This document shows positions 12,350 through 23,211 of a stretch of DNA of 64,000 nucleotides, in pieces; positions within the stretch are counted from its first letter, which is position 1, and each line of letters opens with the position of its first letter. The stretch spans positions 37,510,001 through 37,574,000 of the forward strand of contig OX597814.1 in NCBI GenBank assembly GCA_951406725.2, read 5' to 3'. This stretch comes from Octopus vulgaris. Taxonomy: Eukaryota. The position numbers were made by a program, and so were the translations under genes. Below the pieces are notes generated by a model, which ran no database searches, was not told the origin of the DNA, and saw only the letters and a list, made by a program, of their open reading frames with translations.

Positions 12350-13463
12350 TGGCACGCACACGCATGCATTATATATATGTAGGTTATGTATGTGTGTGAG
12401 TGTTGTGTGTGTGTGTGTGAGTGTGCACGTTGTGTGTGTGTGTGTGCGCGTGTGTTTATGTGTGTGTGTGTGTGTGCACTGTGTGCGTGTGTGTATGTGT
12501 GTGTGTGTGCGCGCGTTGTGTGTGTGTGTGCACGTGTGTATATATGTGTGTGTGTGTGCACTGTGTGCGTGTGTGTGTGTATGTGTGTGTGTGTGAGCAT
12601 TGTGTACGAGTGTATGTATTTACATGTGTATTTGTTTATATATATATATATATATATGTGTGTGTGCTGTGTGTGTATATGCATGGTATGTGTGTATATG
12701 TGAGTACATTGTTTGTGTGTGTGTGCGGTATGTAGAGATATATTTGAGTGTGTACACTATAGGTTTGTATTTTGTGTGTGTGGGTGTGTGTGTGAATTTT
12801 ATATATATATGTGTGTGTATGTGTGTGAAAAAATATATGTATGTGCATGTATGTATGTATGTATATGTGTATATATATATATATATATGTGTATATATAT
12901 ATATGTGTGTGTGTATGTGTGTGTGTGTATATATATTTTCATGTATATGGGTGTATAAACATGTGCATTATTTGCATGCGCATTGTGTATATGTATATTG
13001 TATGTATGTGTATTGTATATGTATGTGTACAATTAAGTGTATATATGTGTGTATGTGTGCATTGTATATATGTATATTGTAAGTGTGCTATATATACATG
13101 AATACATGTATATACGTTGCGTGTATATATATGTATGCATTGTGTATGTATGTTATGTGTGTGTGTGTCTATATATTTTATATGTATGCGTACGTGTATG
13201 TGTATGCATTGTATGTATGTATATTGTGTGTATATGTGGTATATCTATGTATGTGTATGTAAACACTATTTATATGTATATATGTATATATGTATATGCA
13301 TTGTCTATATATATATATATTATATGTATGTATTGCGTATGTATATTGCATGCATATATTGTGTATGTGTATTATATACATGCTGTGTATGTGTATTGTA
13401 TGTGTATATATATGCTAGGTGTATTTGTGTGATATTTATATTATGTATATATGTGTGCGTGTG

Positions 13464-13496
<33 letters not shown>

Positions 13497-13700
13497 GTGT
13501 GTGTATGTTTTATATATGTGTGTATATTATATATAAATACATGTTATATTTGTGTGCTGTGTGTATATATTATATATGTGGGTGCGTTGTGTGTGTGTGT
13601 GTTCTGTGTGTGTGTGTGTTGTGTGTATGTGGTGTGTGTGTGTATACTATGTGTGTGTGTGTATTGTTGTTGTGTGTGTGTGTGTATATATGTGTGTGAC
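12350..13700. repeat. Compound degenerate (TG)/(TA) microsatellite in the PLE 3' region, right arm
   Basis: Mirror image of 5860-7210. Confidence 0.9.
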
Positions 13701-14260
13701 AAACAGACGCTGTCTGACCAGCAGGCACACGGACACATCTATTCACACCCGCATACTCACCTCCCAATAACCCCAAAGTCACTGATGCTTGAAGGGGAAG
13801 TATAAACCAAATTGGGTACATATCTTTTTTTCTCTCAATTCAACTTTTCTGCTAAAACAAACAGGTCAGTAAAAAACAAATTCTCGCCTTCGATTCAAAA
13901 TATTCTGAGATGTCTAAAATATCCATTTTAATTTTCTCTGTCAATATTACAAGCTTTCTCACCAAACTATTACACTTCCTTATGTCTTTAACATGTCATT
14001 TCTACCAAAGACTGTATATATATACATGTAATGTGACAATTTGCGACAACCAATAATTAACGCAACCAAATTTCCAATAATATATTTGTTTTATTCTTTT
14101 CTGCCAATTTTTCCAAATATTCTCATCACACTATTGAACTTTTTTATACTATATTTATACATGTAATGTGACAATTATGTATAAAAAAACATTTTTGAAT
14201 TCATAATATTCAATGTGACAATTATGTAAAAAACTTTTTTTGAACCCATAATATTCAATG

Positions 14261-14306
14261 TTACTTTTGACAATCTTTTTAACAAAGAGTGAAACCGGTT
14301 AAGTAA
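14261..14306 (+). ncRNA. Minimal type I hammerhead ribozyme motif (U3-A8 variant), PLE right arm
   Basis: Same motif as 5263-5308, on the plus strand, ~45 nt before the arm end. Confidence 0.65.
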
Positions 14307-14381
14307 ATAAACATCGTTTAAATTGCATTTTCAAACCTTTTTTCATATATAATCCCACTCGTGCGATACCCCACAACTCAA

Positions 14382-14425
<44 letters not shown>

Positions 14426-14488
14426 TATATATAGTCATAATACTAATAATAATCCTATAAAATATAAATATCTATATGTGTATAGTAC

Positions 14489-14778
14489 TAATCGTTGGAT
14501 TGAACTTCTAAATAATTCAATGCATTGCTACGCGCGTTTCCACAAATCACATGTTTCTTAAGATCATAATCCGTATTCCTGAGATTATTACAGTGCAATT
14601 AGTAGTATTCATGGTCATTGACTAGATCAAGTTAATGCATTCATGTTCATGATCTACACGATAGTCATGGATACTACGGAATCACCCCAAGAATACGGTC
14701 TAATATCTTAAGAAATACGTTATTCATTGAACGCGCATAGCGATGCATTGAGATATGTATAAATTCCACCCAATGATT
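14489..14778. mobile_element. Old diverged fold-back element with a hammerhead-like 3' half
   Basis: 14489-14629 vs 14650-14778 inverted similarity (TCAATGCATTGCTACGCGCGTT vs AACGCGCATAGCGATGCATTGA; TTTCTTAAGAT vs ATCTTAAGAAA); minus-strand GAAACGCGCGTA at 14529-14540. Confidence 0.7.
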
Positions 14779-14823
14779 ATTATCATCATCATCATCATCG
14801 CCACCCTCCTCCTCCTCCTGCGC

Positions 14824-14852
14824 ATTATCATTATCATTATTATTATTATTAA

Positions 14853-14920
<68 letters not shown>
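14824..14920. repeat. (ATT)n microsatellite
   Basis: Direct inspection. Confidence 0.97.
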
Positions 14921-14922
<2 letters not shown>

Positions 14923-15020
14923 TTTATCATCATCATCCTACATTTTATCGGCTCGGTGCGAACCAAAATAAACTTGCTATCGGCAGTTGGCATTAAAATG
15001 TTGTAGAGGAATTACACACA

Positions 15021-15071
<51 letters not shown>

Positions 15072-15110
15072 ACACACACACATACACACACACACATATA
15101 TATATATATA

Positions 15111-16000
15111 GGTATGGAAAATTAAAGGTTGGGATAACCGGCTAAGTGTTAATAATATCCGTTTTAACTATCGGTATCATTAACCTATGCTATCCCTGGG
15201 CATGGGTAAGCAAGGAAACTCTACTCCTAGGGTACAGATAGCAACAGAATAAACAAATGTTTATCAGAAATCAAATTTAAATAAGCAGAAAATACAGAAA
15301 TCGTTTCATGAACAAATTGACTATCAAATTGACTATCAAATACAAAATAGGGCATAACATTTCATACGGCCGTTTCTGCTGGCAATATCAGTCGGTGTTT
15401 ACGAAAGAAATTCCGAAAATAATATTCGCCATCTTCATAGCACAAGAATGAACAGGGCCTTGAGATGAGGCCAGAAGGCTCAATATATAAGAATAATACA
15501 ATCTTGCAGCTTGGAACTTGAAGCCGATAGACAAGAGAGCGAACTAGCAGTGATGTAGGAAAATGTTTATGGGCTATCTCTTTATAAAGGGGAACCAGAG
15601 TATGTAAATAGTAGTGAAATAAAACTAGTAGTAAAGTACTGCTAGTTCACTATTTTGACCATCGGCTTCAAGCTCCACGTTGCAAGATGGTATGATTATA
15701 GTATATTGAACATTCTGTCCTCATCTCGAGGTCCTATTCTTTCCTTTTCTCTCTTCCCTTCGTTTATTTTATTTTATGCATTTATATTCACTCTGATCAG
15801 CTCCGTGTATGAAATAGAATGAGCTATGAATATGGCGAATATTATTTTCGGAATTCCTTTCGTAAGCACCAACTGACATTGTCAGCGGAAACGGCTGTAA
15901 GAAAAGATATGTCATGTTTTGTATTAAAAAGTACTCAACCGATAGAGTTCAATTAGTTTGTTGATCAAAATTTTCTCTATTTCCTGTTTATTGAAATTTA
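15111..16000. mobile_element. Diverged fold-back element with a one-sided tail and hammerhead-like 3' halves
   Basis: ~15270-15552 inverted-similar to ~15638-16000; GAAACGGCCGTA (minus, 15365-15376) and GAAACGGCTGTA (plus, 15888-15899); 15135-15258 similar to 4988-5110. Confidence 0.75.
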
Positions 16001-16199
16001 TCAGCACACCCACAGACATATATACATAAATACATGCATACATATGTATATGCATACACACACGAACATGAACGTGCGCACAAAATCACACGCGCGCACA
16101 CATTGACGACTTAACACAAAATATGTGTAAGTAAATTTGTAACAATACATTATCTATTTACCTAGAAAGCATATCTTGATGCATTTCAAGACGGGCAAC

Positions 16200-16850
16200 A
16201 AACAAATGCTTCTTTGGTCTTGACTGATATATTTAACCTAGACAATATATTCAAACCCTCCTGTTATCAACAATATAAACTCATCTATCAAGCAATTTGA
16301 TTATCGCTCAAGCTCAAAATTCCTCAGATTTCGAAGGAAAGAATCACTGGATATCATTTTCTGTCACTTCACACTTAAGTAGCTCTTTTTCCTTTGAATA
16401 AAGTTGCAATGACCTGAAAAGATGAGAGTCAGAGGAGCAAGATGATGATACGTTGGGAGATGAGGCAAAATGTCCATATTTAGTGCCCTCAGTGACTTAC
16501 ACAATATGTGGTCTTGTGTTATCATGTAAGAGCAGCACATCTTCACGATACAGCCATGACGAGCGTTTTTTTGTTCGACAATTGCCATGATTTCTATTGG
16601 CCAATGCTACTCCGCATTAACAGTTTCATTTGGTTTAATAGCTCATAACAGTCGAAACCACAAATCAACAAAATTTTTCGGGTGTTGTCTTGTTTTGTGA
16701 ATGGGCACACATGTTTCATTAGGCACTAACCGTTTTCGATTCCGTTTCAATTGCATATGATGATGCAGAAGCGACCCATCATCACTTATGATGATTGTAC
16801 CAAGGCAATGTTTGGTTGCAAGTTTGCACTTCAATTATGAGGAGAGAGCT
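16200..16850 (-). mobile_element. Mariner-type transposase relic
   Basis: LPHLPTYHHLAP resembles LPHPPYSPDLAP; IIISDD resembles IVTGDE; multiple frameshifts. Confidence 0.65.
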
Positions 16851-18687
16851 ATTCTTTGATTAGGCTGAGGAGTAAAATAAACCCCACCGCGCGGACTGAT
16901 TTAAACACACTTCCTAGTTCAACATGTTTTATTATCAAAGTGTGACTTGAATTAGCACACGCACACAGATACACACACACACACACATACACACACACAA
17001 CACACACATATACGTTGATAGATAGATAGTTATACATGTATCTATATGTAAAATACTTACAGAAATAGAGCTCACGTTGTTAGAAAATAAATATAACTAC
17101 CAACATCCAATGCTACTACTAATCATATATTTACAACGAAACATTCTGATTCCACCAAGTTATTTCTTTTGGATGTTATTTTTCGTACTACATGCATATT
17201 TATAGAATGTGAAACAATGTTAAAACACCCAAATACTGCCATAGATTCTTTTGTCTATACCTTCCCCGGAAGTAATCGCAATCTTCAAATGACAATCTGT
17301 CATTAAATTTCACGTAACATCCTCCATAATCTAACACCATACATCAACTAATTCAGTGTGATTAATCATGATATATAATGCTGGTAATTTTCCTAAATTA
17401 TTGCGTGAGTGACAGGAAAGTATTTATTACCCGAAATATTATTTTATGCTAGAAAACTTAAATAAGGTTGCGAGAAGCTACGGAATCATTTGCTTTGCCC
17501 TGATCTTTTGATGAATCCAATACGCTTCATACAACACTATCTTACCTGACATACAATACAGAATTAAAATGATAGTAATAATTATCTTTTGCACTTTGAA
17601 TGAATTATTAATTTCTTCGAACATTTAGAATTGCTTGAAAGTGTTCATCAGCTAGCAGAACAACATATATAGAAATGGTTAATTTTATCATAAGCAGTAT
17701 TAAATATTGCTTACTAATATTGCATTTTATATCATGGTAACAATTTAAACTATGCTACTGAAGAACACAGATGTGGTTTGGCCTTTAGATATATGCAAAC
17801 ATTGGAGATGTGTGCACAAATGTGTATTTGAAGAATTCTCGTGTGTTATTATTCAAATATTCGAATGCCGATCTCAACAAATTTGAATTACATTTTGAAT
17901 AAATATAGTCCTTATGAATTCTAGAAATATCTATTACGCAGTAGATCACTGCCTTTGAATCCGCGTATGTGTAGCGGTGTTTGTTTTATTAAATTCGTGA
18001 TCTGTCATTACATTTCTCTTTGAAAATGATTAAAATATTCATAATTTAGTTAATATTCCTTAATGACATGAGTTTATTTATATGAGCAAAATGTCATTGC
18101 TTCGAATAAAGGAAAATCACTTCCTAGAACAAATATTATATGTTACTGGTACAGGTTTCATGATTTATGCTTCAAATGATAAATGGTAAAACCGATAATT
18201 AAACAACAAACATTAGGCATAGCATGAAATGCTCTAACGCATTTCATTCATTTTCACATGTTGCGTCGATAATATCTTACTGAATTTATGTGTCCCGCTG
18301 TTTATTCTACAATATTGCGTTTTGCATTTTCATCAAAATAGCAAAATTAGATTAAAATAAATCTTAAACATTATTACAATGAATGCTTGTAAACTTTAAG
18401 GCTTTCTAAATCTCAATATAATTGTTTATAAGCGAACAATCATTTTAATATCAATATCTCTGTTTCAAATCGACTTAAAATGTTTCATTCGGGAGTTGAG
18501 AAACTTTAGTATCCTCATGATCAGCATGAGTAGTACAGCGACCACCTCGCGCTTATCACCACTATCTTGATTTTGTCTTTTATTTATCATTCATCTTTTT
18601 ATTTTACTTTTTAGTTTTATCGACATCATTTGTTAAATTTTACCGACATTGAAATCTGCACACATCTTACTAACACTACTTCCTAAT

Positions 18688-19170
18688 CTGTGGAGTTAAC
18701 GGTTCCTCATGAAGATAATATGGACGCGGCTCGGGTTCGAAAATTTAACCGTTATGTAAACCTCCTCGAGGAATGTGAAGACGCAGGCTGGAAAGCGGAA
18801 CATTTTCCAACCGAAGTCGGATCTAGAGGGTTCGTTGGGCACAGTGTGAGACGACTGTTGTTATCGCTAGGCCTAACTCATCGTAAAGTCAATACCACCA
18901 TGACTGATATCCAATCTACAGTGGAGAAGGCTAGCCACTGGATTTGGTTAAAAAGAGACGATGAACGATGGCTAGAAAGATATTGAGCTTGATTTGATAA
19001 CCAGCTGATCTAGCAAGCGGGGCCTTATATCAGTGAGGGGGCCGGTGCGCATTGATGCTGTCGAGAGGTAGGCCTCGAAACGGCGCGCATTCTCTCCTGA
19101 TGACCCCATAATCTTGCTGGCTTCCGGTAGCACTGGCGTGTGCAAGTTGTTTGCAAGACATCGTATGTTA
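18688..19170 (+). mobile_element. HERO-like RLE-endonuclease non-LTR retrotransposon, 3' fragment with GC-rich 3'UTR
   Basis: ELTVPHE...RK..RY..L.EEC..AGW....P.EVGSRGF....EKASHWIWLKR matches the C-terminal restriction-like endonuclease of HERO elements. Confidence 0.85.
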
Positions 19171-20436
19171 ATAGTGTCTCATTTACTCTAAGTATTGTTC
19201 CATAATAGGGGTGTGTTCCTTTCCTTCGTTCAGCCCTTGTTAGACTACAGCAATTATTTAACTAGTATATTTTATTATATTCCAATATTAAATTATTTGT
19301 ATTATGAAGAAAAGTGAGTATGTTCTGTGGCGCCATAAATGCATAAATAATCTGAAAATATGTTACCTAGCTTTCGCAACTTATACTATAAATATACGGA
19401 AAAAAATCGTGTATACATCTTCAGTAATATAGTGACACTGTAAAAATATAAATAAAAATGATGTTGAGTTATTGTCCCATTGTCAACTAAAAGGTAACGA
19501 AAATACAAAACACAGAGTGAACTAGCGTTTAAAGACCTCATTTATTCAAATACGTATTCCAATAAAAGAATATACAATACTTGAGCATGAAATGTCTTAA
19601 ATATTCTTTAATATTTAAATTCCATTTGATATAAGGAAACATAATTTATTTAAATACCGTTGAATCGTTTGATGCAAGTTATTTTATTTTTACACAATGA
19701 AATCTGCAGCTGCCCTTGTAATTACTAAATTTTTACGTAAAACAGCTTAGTAGTTTTCAACTATACTCAGTTGAGTTTTATTTTTTATCTTTTGTATGAT
19801 AAGTCATGCTTAGGATATTTTTCAATCAATAAATTTCTAATCAATAAAATCTAACAAAATGTAACTTACTACAGCAAAAAGCAAACAAAACAAGCTTGCA
19901 TTAATTTCAAGTGGAAGCCGTAAGTAAAATGATATTGAACAAAGAAGCTTATCAGTTAACTTGGTTCAGTGGGGCAATATAATTACTTGTAACAAATATG
20001 TAACATATGTGACAATAAAAAAGTGACAAGATTGGATAGAATCTCCAATGGAGAGGAAAAAGAAAAATATCCGAAATTGTTGTACTTAAGATAAACTGAA
20101 AATGTTATCTCATGATTATTTCGGTGCAAAAATTATGGTCTAAAACTTCCTAATTTAAACCCGAGTTAACAAATGTTGCCATTAATCAAACGTTATCTCA
20201 TATTTCACTACTATTCTCTTTGGAAATAGATTTCGCTTATCAAAAAGAGCCAGTTAGATACAAGAAAATAAGCACTTAGATACACACACATTCTTTCTAT
20301 ATGACTTCATGTAAGTGCGTAAGACATTTTCATACTGAGAGTCCTATCATGGTGTTGCGTTTAGGAATATGTATATACATGTACATACATATTAGTGAAA
20401 CCCAAAATACTTGCAGAAATAGTCCGGATATATGTA

Positions 20437-20493
<57 letters not shown>

Positions 20494-20649
20494 CCATCAC
20501 TCCCCTGCTTATATTTCTCCTTACTCTCCAAATACATTCTACAGATTCTTCGATGTCGTTAGTTCTCTCTATTACGTGCACTTTCTTATATCCAGTGCTA
20601 AGACAAAAAAATGAGGTTTTTCATATTAAATTTCCATACAAACATCTTT

Positions 20650-21350
20650 AACACGCTAGCTTTTTATCTTCTCACAATTTTGTCCGTGTAACGAGCGCGC
20701 ACATGAGAACTGGCGGTATACCACATTAGTATACATTTAGCATGCTAAGTTTGAAATTATTTGATTCATCACTCGTGAATTAATATCACTTTGGATCACC
20801 CATCTATATAAATCACTGTCCCTCGGTGTCACTCTCTCCTACTCTCTCCGTCTCTCTCTTCCACTTTCTCTCCTCTCTTTCTCTCTCCCCACTCTATCTT
20901 TTATACTCTTCTCTTTCTTCCTCTACCGATGAAAGCAAACGTCACAATTTGTGCTGCTAGCCATTGAGTTCCCATCCCTCATGTGTCGCTCCCACTGCCA
21001 GACGTATCATTTGTTGCTTACTAACAGGAAGAAGGCATCTTTCACCATTGCCTTCACCATTACACTCTGTCGCAGTCTGTCTGCAGTTTGCTTGTCTCTA
21101 ACATTATCTGTACCATTCATGTTTTATCCATTACCTCATTTTAACACACCCCTACAAAGAATTTCGCTTCCTTCAGCTTCTAAGACCTTACCAAGAGAAT
21201 TCACCCAGTATTCACCCTCAAGTGGCATGCTAGCAGTCAAAACGAAATGAATTCATGACACATTATCATTTCTGAGAAATTCACGTCACATTCGCTGTTG
21301 CTGTCTTTGTAGGTGCAGCGGATGCACTACACTCTATAATAGTTAAGGAA
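20650..21350. mobile_element. Possible non-autonomous repeat (Helentron/DINE-like) with internal CT-rich tract
   Basis: Distinct composition, ATGCTAAGTTTGAA segment and internal (CT)-rich run; family assignment is a guess. Confidence 0.25.
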
Positions 21351-21491
21351 ATTCTGACTACATCTCCTATTGACGATGATATGATGTGTGAACGTAAATG
21401 TATATGTACATTCATAAAAGAATATATCTATATGTATGTGATTATAGATGTATTAAATAATAGGTATAAGTATATACATGCATATATATAT

Positions 21492-21576
<85 letters not shown>

Positions 21577-21740
21577 GTAGGTACAGGCGTAGCAGTGTGG
21601 TAAGTAGCTTGCTCACCAATCACATGTTTCCGGGTTCAGTCCCACTGCGTGGCACCGTGGTTGAGTGTCTTCTACTATAGCCTCGGGCCGACCGCAGCTT
21701 TGTAAGTGGATTTGGTAGACGTATATATCTATATATATAA

Positions 21741-22237
21741 ACATAGTAAATTGGGTAATAAAATATATTATTATTACCAATGACCTAGCACAAAAGACGA
21801 ATTAGTCATTAGACTATACGTTATTCATATATAAATACATTAAAAGGCTTCCAAATAAAGAAGCGAGTGCTAGATACACAAAAAGGGGATAAATTCATGA
21901 AATGGAATGAAAATCAAAAACATTTACCAACTTTGCTAATCTTGTACTGCAGTTTCATCTTTTTTCGCAAATGAATAGAATTTATCTGCCAAGGCCAGAA
22001 TCGTCAGCAGGAAGCCTTTGTTATCCGAGCTGCACATACCGTTAGAAGCACGTGCAAATCTAACGATCTGTATACCCTAACTTTTCAGACCAGTGCGCAG
22101 ATGCAAATCATACCGGCGACAGAGAGGATGCCGGTAAAAATTTACGAGCAAATTTATCGAGCAATATTTAAACATCCCCTTTTTGTGTACCTAGCACTCG
22201 CTTCTTTATTTGGAAGCCTTTTAATTTATTTATATAT
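21741..22237. mobile_element. Fold-back element with hammerhead motif, nested in the (TA)n of a SINE
   Basis: 64-bp arms 21827-21890 / 22174-22237 with 2 mismatches; left-only extension 21741-21826. Confidence 0.85.
21941..22011 (-). ncRNA. Type I hammerhead ribozyme motif
   Basis: Minus strand cctg-CTGACGA-[ttct..gcagataaat/attcatttgc..aagat]-GAAAC-TGCA-GTA-caag; one mismatch in stem I. Confidence 0.65.
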
Positions 22238-23158
22238 ATATACATACATATATGATTTGGTGCCTGTTTTTGTGCATCCCCCCAACTTCGTTTGACAACA
22301 GATGCTGGAGTGTTTATGTTCCCGTAAATAAGCGGTTCGGCAAAAGAAACCGATAGAATAAGTACTAGTCTTACAAAGAATAAGTCCTGGGGTCGATCAG
22401 TTCGACTAAAGGCAGTAGTCCACCATGGCACTATCAAATGACTGAAACGGAGAATAAAATATATATATGAAAGTATTGCTCTCTGGGAGATATCTTATGG
22501 TAGTAGAATAGTATTTTAACTGCTACTTCTAACTTTCGGTATGTAGTGAAGCAAATTTTGTTGAACCCAAATTATAATTATGCTTACAATTATAAATTTT
22601 TTTATAAGTTTACTGAAAATGGTTCTTTTAATATACCGAACTACTTGGTAAAATTATTAATTATTAAATGATTAATTATTTGTACCCTGTATTATTATTC
22701 ATTTATATATATATATATATATAGGTATGTATATAGGTATGTATGTATATATGCATATATGCATATGGCTTTAAGGATATCACGAGAGGCCTGTCTGGAG
22801 GACCAACTTCCGAGTTCTTTTACAAGGCTTAGAAAATTCTGAAGCGCCGTAACAGTAACTGTGTGACTCTGAGAGAGTAATTTGTGGAATGCGATAATAA
22901 TTAACTAATGCTCCTATATATATTTTTTACTCAAAGCCAGGAAGTTTTCAGCACAGCGATGTATGTGGAAAAACATGATGTTATCGATATAACATGGAAC
23001 CAATGACGCCGGAGCTCATTTCTACAGATGAATAAATTAAAGTATCTTGTTCAAGAATACGACACACACCCTGGTCCGGGGTTCGAAGTATCTACCTCAT
23101 GATTGTGAACTCGACACTCTAATCACTGAGATATGCACTTCATATATATACACAAACA

Positions 23159-23189
<31 letters not shown>

Positions 23190-23211
23190 ATGTATATATA
23201 TATATATATTC

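Larger units (their letters stand above)
5221..14388. mobile_element. Palindromic (head-to-head) Penelope-like element insertion
   Basis: Arms 5221-8991 and 10572-14350 are near-perfect reverse complements; spacer 8992-10571; extra ~38 nt (14351-14388) on the right only; (TA)n on both flanks. Confidence 0.93.
21580..22460 (+). mobile_element. tRNA-derived SINE, split by a fold-back insertion
   Basis: Head with TGTGGTAAG and B-box GGTTCAGTCCC; 3' part 22255-22460 aligns with 60135-60330. Confidence 0.85.

Noticed and set aside
5221-14350. Large inverted repeats as TIRs of a DNA transposon or Polinton
   Set aside because: The arms themselves encode PLE RT/GIY-YIG; no transposase, integrase or polB is present.
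4988-15258. Direct repeats (4988-5110, 15135-15258) flanking the PLE as a TSD or LTR pair
   Set aside because: Far more diverged than the PLE arms and not adjacent to its ends; they belong to separate older elements.
19040-19110. CGAAAC and CTGATGA in the HERO 3'UTR as a hammerhead
   Set aside because: I could not build stems I-III with a valid cleavage triplet; it folds better as a simple hairpin.
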